Below are positions 41,735 through 53,940 of a stretch of 64,000 nt of DNA, in pieces. Location of the stretch: positions 135,470,001-135,534,000 of the forward strand of contig NC_058369.1 of the NCBI RefSeq assembly GCF_018350175.1. Reading direction: 5' to 3'. Positions within the stretch are counted from its first letter, which is position 1, and every line of letters begins with the position of its first letter. Both the position numbers and the translations under genes were made by a program. The notes under the pieces are model-generated. The model searched no databases. It was not told the DNA's origin and saw nothing but the letters and a program-made list of their open reading frames with translations. Origin of the DNA: Felis catus (lineage: Eukaryota).

Positions 41735-42560
41735 CTTAGCAAGTGTTTGCGGAGTGTCTACCCTGTGCTAGGCACAGCTGTGGGAGCTTGGATCTATCAG
41801 GGAACAAAATGAAGATCCTGCCCTGAGGAGCTTATGTTCTAGAGGGAGTGAGCCAAACATGTCATAATGATAATTATTGCTATTAATATCAATAGCACAC
41901 AGGATCAGAAAAGGAGCTGTTAACAGCACAGTTTTAAGAGGTGGCATCAGAGATAGGATGTAGAGGAGGATAAGTAGAAGCTCTGGAGGGAACATGGGAC
42001 AGAAGGCATTCCAGGTAGGAGAGAGAGACTCCCAGCAGCCTCTGCGGCACACTCACGAGCCCGTGCAGAGCCAGCACGGCTTCGGCACAGGTGTGAATTA
42101 GGCAAAGAGCGTGGAAATGGAGTTGGGGCACAGGTTTAGAGCCTTCCTGTCTGGCAGCGGTGTGGGTTTTATTCCATGGTGAGTGGTGAGTCTGTCCAGA
42201 TTTTTAATCCACAGAATACATGTGGGAATGAGAAGTCTGAAACAGCTTCTTGGAGTGGGGAGGTATCCTTCATGCAGTGGGATTAGTCCAGGCAGGAGAT
42301 AATGACCGGGGACAGAGGTAGGACAAATGCGAGATGGGTTCAAGAGGGAGAATCACTAGGACTTGGTGACTCACCGAGTTGGGAGGAGGTCACGTTGGAA
42401 AAGACTGACAGTTGTTCATTTGGCTCAGCATGAAGGAGATAACTGGGGTCCTCTGCTGAGAGGCGCTTCAGCAGAATGACACGATGGAGCGGTGGATCGT
42501 GGAGTGAATGGGCAGACGGACACCGAGTGTGGGGTGGGGAGTTTTCAAGAAGCTTGGTGA
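41735..42560 (-). mobile_element. L2 LINE relic
   Basis: gagtgtctaccctgtgctaggcac, cctgccctgaggagcttatgttctag and other L2 3' motifs. Further L2-like pieces at about 13100-14200, 43540-44070 and 49340-50240. Boundaries approximate. Confidence 0.6.
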
Positions 42561-43077
42561 CAAAGCAGACAGAAGAGCATGGCTGCAAGGAGCGATGAGG
42601 CCCAAGGTGGGACTTTAAGGTTATTTTAGGCCATGAAGTTTGTGGGTTTGTTATGCAGTAGTAGACAGCTGACCCAATTTGGTAGGTTTTTGTTTATGTC
42701 AAGCACAAAGTGGGAAGAACCAGTCTATGCTATTAGAAGCCAGGGTGGTACTTTTCCTTGGGGAATAGTGAAAAGGGGCGTGAAGGAGGCTTCTAGAATA
42801 TCAGTCTTCTTCAGGTCTTACTCTGGGCTTAGATTATATGGCTATGTTCATTTAAGACAATTCCCTGAGCTGTACACGTGACATGTGTGCTTTTCTGTAT
42901 GTGTTTTATGTTCCAGTAACAAGAAGAGGGAGGAGGCCACATATGCAAAACCAGGAAACCCAGCAAAGCTCTGAAAGGTGTTTAACGTGGCTGGAACTCA
43001 GCATTCCAAGGGGAGAGTGGCAAGAGGTGAGGCTGCAGGGGCAGGTAGAAGCCGAGACATGGAAGGCCTTGTGTCAT

Positions 43078-43275
43078 GGGGAGAGAGAGAGAAAGAGAGA
43101 GAGCGTGAGTGCATGTGCATGCGAGCGGGGGAGGGGCAGAGGGAGAGAGAATCCCAAGCAGGCTCCACACTCAGTGCAGAGCCCTATGCAGGCTTTGATC
43201 TCATGACTCTGAGATCATGACCTGAGCTGAAATTGAGAGTTGGATGCTTAGCTGACTGAGGCACCCAGGCGCCCT
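43078..43275 (-). mobile_element. CAN-SINE (older type, tail missing)
   Basis: GA tract and body ending tgaggcacccaggcgccc. Confidence 0.9.
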
Positions 43276-43290
43276 AAGGTGTTAAAACTT

Positions 43291-43516
43291 AAAAAAAAAA
43301 AAAAAAAATTTAATGTTTATTTACTGTTGAGAGAGAGAGAGAGAGAGACAAAGCATGAGTGGGGGAGGGGCAGAGAGAGAGCAAGACACAGAATCTGAAG
43401 CAGGCTCCAGGCTCTGAGCTGTCAGCACAGAGTCCAAGGCAGGGCTTGAACTCACGGTGAGATTATGACCTGAGCTGAAATCGGACGCTTAACTGACTGA
43501 GTCACCTAGGTGCCCC
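43291..43516 (-). mobile_element. CAN-SINE
   Basis: Full body; TSD aaggtgttaaaactt at 43276-43290 and 43517-43531. Confidence 0.94.
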
Positions 43517-45394
43517 AAGGTGTTAAAACTTTTAACGTGAGGGCAGCGGAATGTGATAGAGAGTTTTTACACAATAGGGGGACATGGTGGATTTATGTTT
43601 CAGAAGGCTCACTGTGGGTGCTGGGGGGCCGGGGTGAAGTCAAGGAGCCAAGTTAGAGAGCAGTGAAGTGCCCTGGTCAGGGCACAAGGTGGCCGGACAA
43701 GGACAGTGGCAGGGGTGGGGAGGGGTGGAAGAGGTTATGGGCTGGGGGGGGGGATATCAAGGAGGCAGGACTGACAGGACATATGGAGGATGAGGGTCAG
43801 CAGTATTCCCAGGCTTCTGGCTTGAGTGACTGGTTTTATGCTGCTGACCTTCCCTGGGGAGGGAGCACCTGGGGAGGGGCAGGCTTTGAGCCAAGATACT
43901 GAGTTTTGTTTTCAACACATCGAGTTTGGGGTGACAGTGGGCCATCCAGGTAGAAATGTTCAATGGAAATACCCTCCGGACTCTGCAGAGAGGTCAGGAT
44001 GGACATTCAGACTAGGAAGTCTTTACCTCAGAGGTGGCAGCTGAAGCCGTGGCATAAATGAGACCCCCAGTGGGTGTGCGGAGCCCTCTCACTTGCCCCA
44101 CCCCCAGAGGCGACTCTGAAGTTTCTTTCACCTTTTTGTGTTTTGTCGGTAAGCCCTGCACACCAATAAGCATTCTTTGCTTCCGCCAACATGCTGTCAT
44201 CAAAATAGGAATTCATGCAACTGGAATTTTCTCTCCCCGCTTGATGCTTTGAGGTACGGGGGTGGGGGTGGGGTGCTAGGACAGGGAGGTGAAGTGTCTC
44301 AGTCCTGAATCAGACTGAGGGCTTTTCACTGACATCGAACTTGGTGACATTTTCCCAGTGGGCTGAAGCCTAAGGAGGTCTTGAGCTGTGATCTGACTCA
44401 GCTTCAGTGATGGTCCCCCGGATGCACAAAACTGAACCCGACCCTGTCTGAACAGAAGGATTGCTCAGTGAAGGGACTCCAACACCATGAAAACTCTGGG
44501 AGAAGCAGTCAAAGTGATGGCCACTGACAAGAGCTTGACTCACAAGTGGTTTCAGTAAAGGAAACAAAGACCTGGCATTGAGATCTCAGTAGTTCAGTGT
44601 TCAGTTACAGAATGCTGGAAAACACCATGAATCTGAATTAATACCACTGGTCGCCCAAACAGGGTGTAATGAGGGCCCAGAAGAAGGAAGATGAGAGGGG
44701 TTTTTGAAGGTTGAGAGCCACTGATGTGAGAACAGTGGTGAGGTCACAGCCTGGAGGAGTGATGGCCCCTGCAAGGTACCTGTGACCCCCAGGAATGTGC
44801 CAGCTGAGAGGTACAGGGCAGGCTCTGTCGTCTGGGGAGAGGACGAAGCTGCAGGATGATGGACCACAAACTGGCCCCGCTTTGGGGTTTGGATCTAATT
44901 AGACTTAATGACGGACTGTAAGGGCAGGAGGGCAATTTTGACACTTGCTGTCATTTGAGCAGAATATAGAGCCATGTCATCAAAGCCCTGAAAAGCACAT
45001 TTCTAGACTGCAGAATCTATACAAAATTTGCTGGCATTGCTTTCTTTTATTGGAATTATAACAAAGCCCCGTTATTATTGATAGCAATAGGGCTATACTG
45101 TTTTAGGGACCTCCCATTATCTTTTCCAAAACAGATCACCATTATTCTTACCGTAAAAGACAAAAATCAAGGCTGTAAATGTGTGTGCTCTTTATGAAAG
45201 AGACCCTCCGAGTTTTATAATCTTCCTGCTTGTTTAGTTCTAAATATTTGAGATACACACTTTTAGACTGTTTTTTTCTGCAAACAATATACCAGTCCAT
45301 TAACTAATGAGTCACTTATCCCTGCCTGGGCCACAACAGGAACCCCTGGGTTAAGATAGTCAGCTACACCTGTAAGCCTGAAGCCCGTGCATCC

Positions 45395-45480
45395 TTTCCT
45401 TTTTCCTCTCTTCTCCTCATTCTTCTTCTTTCGCCCTTCCCTTCTGCCTTCTTTTTCATCTTCTTTCTCTTCTTTTTGTT
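45395..45480 (+). repeat. Polypyrimidine low-complexity tract
   Basis: About 85 bp of almost pure C/T. Confidence 0.8.
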
Positions 45481-45494
45481 CATAATTGGAGCCA

Positions 45495-45715
45495 ATACTT
45501 ATGGAGCACTGACATGGGCTAGTCCCCGTGATAAGCATTTTGCCCATATTATCTCATTTAATTCTTATAAGCTTATAAAGTAGGTACTGTTATCACCATT
45601 TTGGAAATGAGGAAAAGGAGAAGGGTAAGTAATTGGCCTGTGGTCACACAGCTATCAGGTGGCAGGTCAGGATTTGAAGCCAGGCTTGTGTGACTCCAGA
45701 GCTTGAGCTCTTAAC
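45495..45715 (-). mobile_element. MIR SINE
   Basis: tatctcatttaattctt...gtaggtactgttatcaccattttggaaatgaggaaa...ggtcacacagcta...ggatttgaagccagg. Confidence 0.8.
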
Positions 45716-48700
45716 TGGCAGAGACAGTGACATCTGGCAGAGAGCTCCATCCCCGAGCCCTGCCAGATCCCAGGAAGCAGGCTCCCGGGCAGAAGTGCAA
45801 GAGCAGAGTGCTAGCACCCTTCCTGCTCTCTACCTTCATTATTTTATCAAATGAAGGACTTGCAATGATCCTGACATGTAACCTTTTGGGAAGGGACTTC
45901 TTCTCCAGCGTGTGCTATGCCGTAGACAATTAAGACTCCTACAGTTACACGAGAATGAAAACGGCTAGTTAATTAACACGGGGTTAGCAGCTGACACTGC
46001 GTTTTTCCTGCACAGATATTCCTGTGGAATTCCTGTCACCTTTTTGAGAGATGAGACTGATTTCTTTGCAATGCCAACATGCACATCTCCAAAACATGTA
46101 TGTGTCCTTAAGGTGGCTTTAATATATGTCACTGATGGGGCCGTGGCTGCAAACACTGAGAACAACGCTTGCTAAGTAGAACTTTTACTGGTTAAGGTAG
46201 GCCAATAGCATCAATTTGCATCTCACCTCAAATGGCATATCTTAGCCTGATCACTCACATAACTCTCCCCTGACTTTACTCTAAGATTCACTGAGACATT
46301 TCCAAAAGCCAAATTATCTTTATAGGTCAAATGTTTGCATCATACAGCATGTACAAAAGTATGTATGGCTGGCTCTACAAATACTTCAAAGGAAATTTTA
46401 AAAACTCTTTTGAGTAATGGCTCCATCATTAGTTTCCCGAATTGATATGTTAAGAGGATAAATACATATTTAGATGCTTCACATTTATTTTAAAAATCAT
46501 TCATATTGCTTTGTATTGTTATCTCTTATTGCACCTTCATTTCCTCAGTTTCCTTAAGATAAGTTGCAGGTGGGAAGCTTTTTTCCCTGACTCCCTTAGG
46601 TCTAAGTTTGTGAAATGTGCTCAGATGTATGGCCCGCCTGGGTACAGATCCTAGTTCCCAGACAGTATGGCAGACTCAGGCTCAGCGAGCCCAACCTTCT
46701 TCTGCCACCTTCAACCACACTGTTAGATCATCTGCCTAGACTCAGTGTCCATAAGATCCGGGCAGTCTGTAACGTCTATGCCATGGGAAGGTGGGAGTTC
46801 CAGCCTTTCTCCTCCCTGCTATTGTCCTCACCCTGCACAGAGCTCACATATGTACTGGGGGAAAAGGATGATAAAGAATCAGAGTTTCTAAATCACGTAA
46901 GTTTGGGACCAGAGAACTCACTTTTAGTGGGGCAATGCGAGGGGAACATTACAGAATCGAGCATCCCATCCCTAGAGCTATAAAATTAATAATGGAGTCA
47001 GGGTTCCCAGTGCAAAAACATTTCTGTCTCCACTGACATGCATCTTCCTGACAGCAGAGGAGGACGCAGAGCTTTTGCTAATAGTTCCCAGACCTGCACC
47101 TCTGGGACCTGGAGAAAGAGCGCTTTCTCGAGCGCTCTTTCTCTGTGGATGGGCCTGTGTCTTTGGAAATTCCTGCCACTCCAGGCTGACAGAAGCCCAT
47201 ATGTTGACCATTAGGACATAAAGCAAGATTCACTTAAGCCCGTCATCCAATCGGCTGTTTCTCCTCTGGTTGACTTACATGTTGTCATTAATGACACAGA
47301 TTTATCGAGGGAAGAGAAGAATGTTAGAGCAAATGTTAGAGACCGCACATTCATCTACATGCACGGCTTGCCCCTCGCACAGTAAAAATTGCAAAACTAA
47401 AACTAGGAAAGACAATATCTCCACTTATCTCAGATGATTTTATTTAACATTTGTATAATAAGCAGGAAAAGGTTAACTGGCGCAAAAAAAAGCATGTTCC
47501 ATGAAATTAGCAAATCCTATCATGGAATTAAAGTTAAGGTCAGACTCTTCAAGGCTTTCTATGTCTGGCACTACCTAGTCTACCCAAGTTTATTTCCCAC
47601 CGCCCCCTACCTGGACCCCTGGTAATCAGGCCACCTCCTCACTGTCCCATTGAAGTGACTTCCTGATGTCACAGCTGTGTAGACTGTTTCCTCACAGGAG
47701 GTACTCTCATCTGCTGTCCAGGCCTGTCCTCACTCCATTAGATGGGAGGTCCTCCCATCCTTCGAGATTCAAGCCTACTTCAGCACCTTCCACAGAGTTC
47801 TCCCTGCTTGTGCTCCCTCCTTCCTGGCTCCCTTCTGAAGCCCTTATATTGCATGTCACACAATAGGGCTCATATGCTGTTTTGAAATATTTGATGATTT
47901 CTCATGCATCTTGTCTCCCCCAGGACAGAGGTTAGATCTTATATTTCTTCTATACACGGCATAATACTCAGCCATCCACATACAGATTCCCAATTCATTA
48001 AATATTAAATTAAAAACAATTTCTTAGAAATTAAGATCAGCTTTTCCTTGCTGAAGGAGGGCACACTTCTCCAGGGAGCAGTCACCAAGCCCTCCGGCAC
48101 TATGGGAAGAGTAAGCTAGCTAACAGCCTGCTTTCCACTCTCATGTTCTCACTTGGCATATAGAGAAAACACGCAAAAAAATATCACAACGTTTTAAAAG
48201 ATCTCACAGATTCGAAATGACAACCTAAGGGAGTCTGTGGCATCAAGTTCAAGTTCTGTTACTGCAAACTTAGAGTGAAATTAATTAATAATTCACTCAT
48301 TCATTTATGGAATCATAGGACCCTTGGGAGTTTCTGGGTGAACTGCATATCTTAGGAAACTTGAAGAAGTTAATTTGCCCACGGCTACCCAGTCAGTAAT
48401 CAGTAAAAATGGCAGCAGGTGGCACGAAAGTGTGCTGATGTGTAATGCCAGGATTTTTCCTTAGAAATATGGGATTTTCATAGATTTAAAGAACGGATTG
48501 ATCACACCAGTACAAAATAGGTGTCATGGGGAAAGCTTACACGACGGAAGCAAATATATTATTTAAAAATACTTTAACATCACTCTTTTGTTTGTAGCAT
48601 ATTAACATGGTAATTGGCAATGATTTTTGTTCTATTACAAAAAAGGACATCTATTTGACAAATGTTTTGTTAGTGCAAATTATGTCGAAGACTTCAAAAT

Positions 48701-49517
48701 AGAAAATGAAATTTTTTGTGGGTTTTTTTTTCTGAAATTTTCTTTTTTTCTGAAAAAAGTTTGCTGCTTTGTTTTTCAGTTTTCACAAATTCAATCTGAT
48801 TGCCACTGTCAGTTAATTCACATACGGGCCCGTTTTCAGTGCATCCTAAAAGTTTAATAATTCTAGCACATCTATATTCTGAATGGTAATGCAGATTTAC
48901 AGATCATGCCTGTAACATAAAGTAAATATTGGATGTAAAAAGTATTTTTGCTTACATTAACAACTAAATCAGATAAACTAACGAGTAATCCCACTGATAG
49001 TAGTAAATGAAAAAGGCCCCACACAGAGTATTTGGTGGCAACTAAAAGCAATTGATACAGGCTACTGCTGCATTTGAGACTTTTACGTCACCAGGGAAAT
49101 GGGCAACCAACATTTTGAGCTCTGTAAATGGTGCCCTAATGCACTTGAACATGAGGAGAAAAATTCCATTTAACAGTTCAGTTTAAGTGGGAATTTTCAT
49201 AGGCCATGTGTTATAATCAGTGATGGGTGATTATAATGCTTAGTACTTACCTGTCATTTAAGCTATGATGCTGCACCAACATAACTAAGACTTCATTTCA
49301 GCTCATGATGAGCATATTTTAAGTTGTTTATAACTTGCCATTCAATTCAGTTCAACACATGTTTATATGCTGTGTGCTGAGGATCCAGTGGTGAACAGAC
49401 ATAGTTCCTGCCATCATGGAATCAGAGTCCAGTGGGACAGACAGATAGCAAACAAATATTTAAATAAATTAACTAAAACTCCTGGTATATGCTATGAGTC
49501 AAGGAACAAGGCTTTCT

Positions 49518-49727
49518 GGGGCACCTGGGTGACTCAGTCAGCTAAGTGTCCAACTCTTGGTTTCAGCTCAGGTCATGATCTTGCAGTTCGTGGGTTCGAG
49601 CCCCACATCAGGCTCCATGCTGACAGTGTGGAATCTGCTTGGTATTCTCTCCCTCTCTCTCTCTCTCCCCCTCCCCCACTCGCTCTTTCTCTCTCTAAAT
49701 AAATAAACGTTAAAATTTTTTTAAAAG
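49518..49727 (+). mobile_element. CAN-SINE
   Basis: Full body; imperfect TSD aaggaac(ag)aaggctttct. Confidence 0.93.
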
Positions 49728-52700
49728 AAGGAACAGAAGGCTTTCTGAGATAGATCCTCGATACATTTGAGGAGGACCTGGTGATGGGCCACTATGCAAG
49801 TGAGAAAGTAGGGTAGCAAATGACTTGCAGGTTTATGGCTTGACCAATGGAGTGGATGGCTCTGCTATTTTCTGAGAAGAGGAAGCTTGAGGAAAATAGG
49901 TTTTGGGAGTGGGAAAAATCAAGCGTTCACTTAATAGAATCAGGTTGCTAGCAATGTGGGCAACCTGAGAGGTGCTGTCGAGCAGGGGGTAGGACCCAGA
50001 TGAGGCCTGAGATGCAGTTAAAGCCATTGTAAAAGAGGAGGCCGCTCAGGGACAAAGTGCAGATGGAGAAGTGAAGAGGGCCTGCCTGGGTCCTGAAGAT
50101 CTCCTTCCAAAATCCTTCCAAATTTACAAGTAGAAGAGACACTAGCAACTGAAATTGGGGAGACCAGCTCTTGGGGCAGGAGGAAAATCGGGAGACTGTG
50201 TTTCAGGAAGGGGGGGCAGGCTAATTGTGTTACATGCCACTAAGAATTTGAAAGGATGGTCCTCTGGATGGTAATTAATATTAATCATACAACATAATCA
50301 ACAATTGCCTATGAACATGGTGACTCACAAGCCTCACCAATACATTGTTCATTTCATTCTCTCCTGGTTTAGCTGTCTTAGCACTTTTCAGATATCAATT
50401 CATGAATTTCTAAATGAAATCTCACTGCTGAAAGGGCTAAATAACCTATTCTTTAATTTTCCAAATTACAAATGTACAGTAAGTCCTAGTAATAGAGCAA
50501 CGGAGTGTGGACAGAAACCAAGAAAGCGCCACCTTCCTGTCCGGGCTTGAGGACCCCCACACCTGGCCTGCGTCCTATTGCGTGCCCACTACCTGGCTCA
50601 TCTACAGAGACCAGGGGGGCCTGTGAAGGCCTGTGAGGCCAAGCACCGAGTCTGGCTTCCTCGTCTTCGCATTCCAAAGGCTTATCATAGTGTCTGGCGT
50701 ACAGAAGGGGCTCAATACATATTTGATCCATGAAGCAATGAGGGACCTAGGAGGTCCTGTAGGAATTGCGCATTTAATATCAAACTAAGGTCCATGCATT
50801 CCTACCGGCTGACACGCTGTTCCCTTGTTTTCAGTCAGGTCACAATCTCAGAGGTTCAGCAAACCAGGCCCCACCACAGGGCATGTCTGGATCGGTGAAT
50901 CTCTGTAAACTGTGGTTGGGATTGTGTTCCCAAGGGCTCCAAGCTGTTTGCCAAATATGATTTGTGCAGAAAAAAACAGTGATACCTTAGCATTTGCACC
51001 ACTCCAGGCTTGTAGCTGTCAGCCATCTATCGGGCTTTCCGTGGACAACAGGTTATACAACCGTTGAACTCTGTTTTTTGAACTTGAGGAGAGGTGGAGG
51101 GTTGCTTGTTTCCTACAGTTGGACAGGAGACCTCAGGGTGACCTCTGGCCCAGGTCAGGGTTTTTACGTCATAAGGGGTGAAAGTGGCCTGTGATTAGGT
51201 GCAACCGCTTCTCTGGAGAGGACAACGGCATTCCTCAGAGATGGACTATCTCTAACTTGAGGACTCCTTTGATTTGCAGACGCCTGGGGCAATAACCAGA
51301 GCAGATAACCACATAACCGCTAGAACAGCCATCCCCAAAAGCCCCGCTTCCTAGATCTCACCTCCAACGTGGCCTGCATAATGTCATATGCACCATATCA
51401 CGCTGTTGTACGTACTCCTGGAATCTGAGCAGTCTTTCCAGTCAAACATCAGAGTGCTCCCTTTGTTCAACTGAAGGCTAGGGGAAAATGTCTTTTGTTG
51501 TTGTTGTCCTAAGAATATCTTCCTTAATCGGTTTTTGAGCTTATCATTTTGGGGGGGAACAATTAAGGATATTTAACACTCTTGGAAACTTGAAGGGCTT
51601 GTGATTGGAAGGGACCTCGAGGCAACCTGAGCCAAACACAAGGGAAGCTTCAGTCTGACCCCTGTCTACCTCTCTACAGTGGCCCCTTGTCCCATTAGGT
51701 TTCCTTACACTGCCTCTTTAGTACACAGGTCTCCCTTCTCTGCTACGTCTCTTCCCCAAATTTCAGGAGGTAAAGTGTAGATATAATGAGAAAAGTATGG
51801 ACTTTTGATTTTTATTTATTTTGTTTTCTTTACTGCTTACAGTTCACACAGTCTTGGGCAAGTTAAGTAGCTTTTCTGAGCCTTCATTCCCTTCTCCATA
51901 AATTGGGGTAACTGCTCTGAAGATTCAGAGAAAATGCCCAGAAGGTGTGTAGCATAGGCCTGACTCTCATAGGAACTCATGTTCCCATCACCCTTCTCCC
52001 CCTGGGGTCTGGGTCTGTCCTCACCCAGGAGTACCCCGGGGTCTTGACTCACCTTCTGCATTTCTTATCGAAATTCACTAGGCTTGGTATCATTCTTTTA
52101 GGACTTCACTAAAGGGCCTACTTGATCATTTCTGTCCACCTAATTTCTATGAAAGCTTAGATGGCTGAAATCATTTTAATGTGCTTACTCACAGTGAAAG
52201 AAGTTTCCTGAAAATGCAGGGCCTCCATGTGGAAGAACAAACACCCTCTTGTACTGGGCAAGCCCAGGCCAGAGATATTTTTGTGTGACACTTATCTAGA
52301 GCTCCTTAAATAAGGAATTTTTTTCCTTTGTAAGAGAGTAGGTATTCCAAAGAATATAATGTCTCCCGGGATTTCTTCTTACCTCATACTTATGAAAAAA
52401 TAAGGAACCATGGACCGCCTAAAACATGGACTTCCCATTTTAATGTGCTTAATTTGAAATGCATATAGAATCTCAGCAGCAGTCCCCTGAGATTCCGATT
52501 TAATAGTTTTCTGAAGAGACCCTCACTTTGGAAAATAGTGCCTATAGACTTCATCCATTCCACAAAACCAAACTGACAGAAGAAGTGGCTCATGTCAGTC
52601 ACATGAGTTGATCTGAACAGGAAGCAGGCGCTGGTTGGCAGGAGTGAAGTCAGTCAGTTACAGGCATCTATTACTTGGCAATATTCAATGTGCTCACCAC

Positions 52701-53704
52701 CATGGGTTTTCCAGTGCTGAGAAGTGGAAGGTGCCCAATAAGTTAAATATTAAATGTGTATGATATTTTAAAAAAGCAAAATAAAACAATATGGCTACAA
52801 CAAAGCAGACTGAGTGGTATGAGATGTAATCTAGGGAAAGGTTAATGCTAATCTTAACAGAGAAATGAAAAAAATTATTTGCTTTAAATTTTACTGCAAA
52901 TTCTGATGTATTTGAGAGCCTGCATACATGTAAAGGAAACCCATTTCAAACATGTGGGAGTTCCATTTACCAGAAAACAGGCTCTTTCTTAGGTGGAATG
53001 ATTCTAGCGAAGGGAAGAGAGTCCCTTAGTGATGTGCTCACTCAGCAATGTGGCACATTCTGGGGGCTTCTTTAATATAGGCTGACAGGATGTTAGCCCT
53101 GTAACCCCCAACACCTTCCTTTCAAGACAAGGGAGCACAGCTCAGAGAAGGAATGCCACTGTGAGGTACAGGCAGGAATCTCCCCCTTCTAGTAGGTCTC
53201 AGCTCTATCACATCTCCCTGCCTCTGTGGGCAGAGGTTAGAGGCTGTTCCAGAACGATTCTGAACCACACACTTTGACAACTATTTTGACTGATTTTCTA
53301 GAGTGTATACTATGTGAGTTTCTAGGAGAAAATGGCCAGGATAAAGCTTAATTTTTAGAAAGCCATAGGTTACACAGGCAAGGACAAGACTCCCAGCAGC
53401 TGCGTGAGTTGAAGCAGATTTTCTCAGGGAAAATCTGCATCTCATACAGGTGGCTATTCATATGTGAATTCAAGTATGAACAATGAAAACTATACTCTTT
53501 CAGTCAGAACTTTTGTCTACGTGATGGCCAACACCAGAATGGTCTTTTTATTAAAACAGCCACCTGATGGTCAACAGAATTAAAAAGAAATATGGCAAAG
53601 TTTATATGGATAACTTTGGCATTTTCTTAGGTTCAGTTATAAAAGGGCATCAAGTATAGCTCAAGGAATCTTTCTTTTTTCAAAGGAAAGAATATTCGAA
53701 AGCT

Positions 53705-53727
53705 TTTTTGAAGTTTATTTTATATAT

Positions 53728-53775
<48 letters not shown>

Positions 53776-53940
53776 CATGTGGGGGAGGGGCAGAGAGAGA
53801 GGGAGAGACAGAATCCCAAGGAGGCTTCATGCTGTCAGCACAGAGCCCAATGCAGGGCTTGATCTCACCAACTGGGAGATCATGACCTGAACCCAAACCA
53901 AGAGTTGGACACTTAACTGACTGAGCCACCCAGATGCCCC
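53705..53940 (-). mobile_element. CAN-SINE with expanded (GA)n microsatellite (53731-53772)
   Basis: About 21 GA units followed by the SINE body. Confidence 0.94.
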
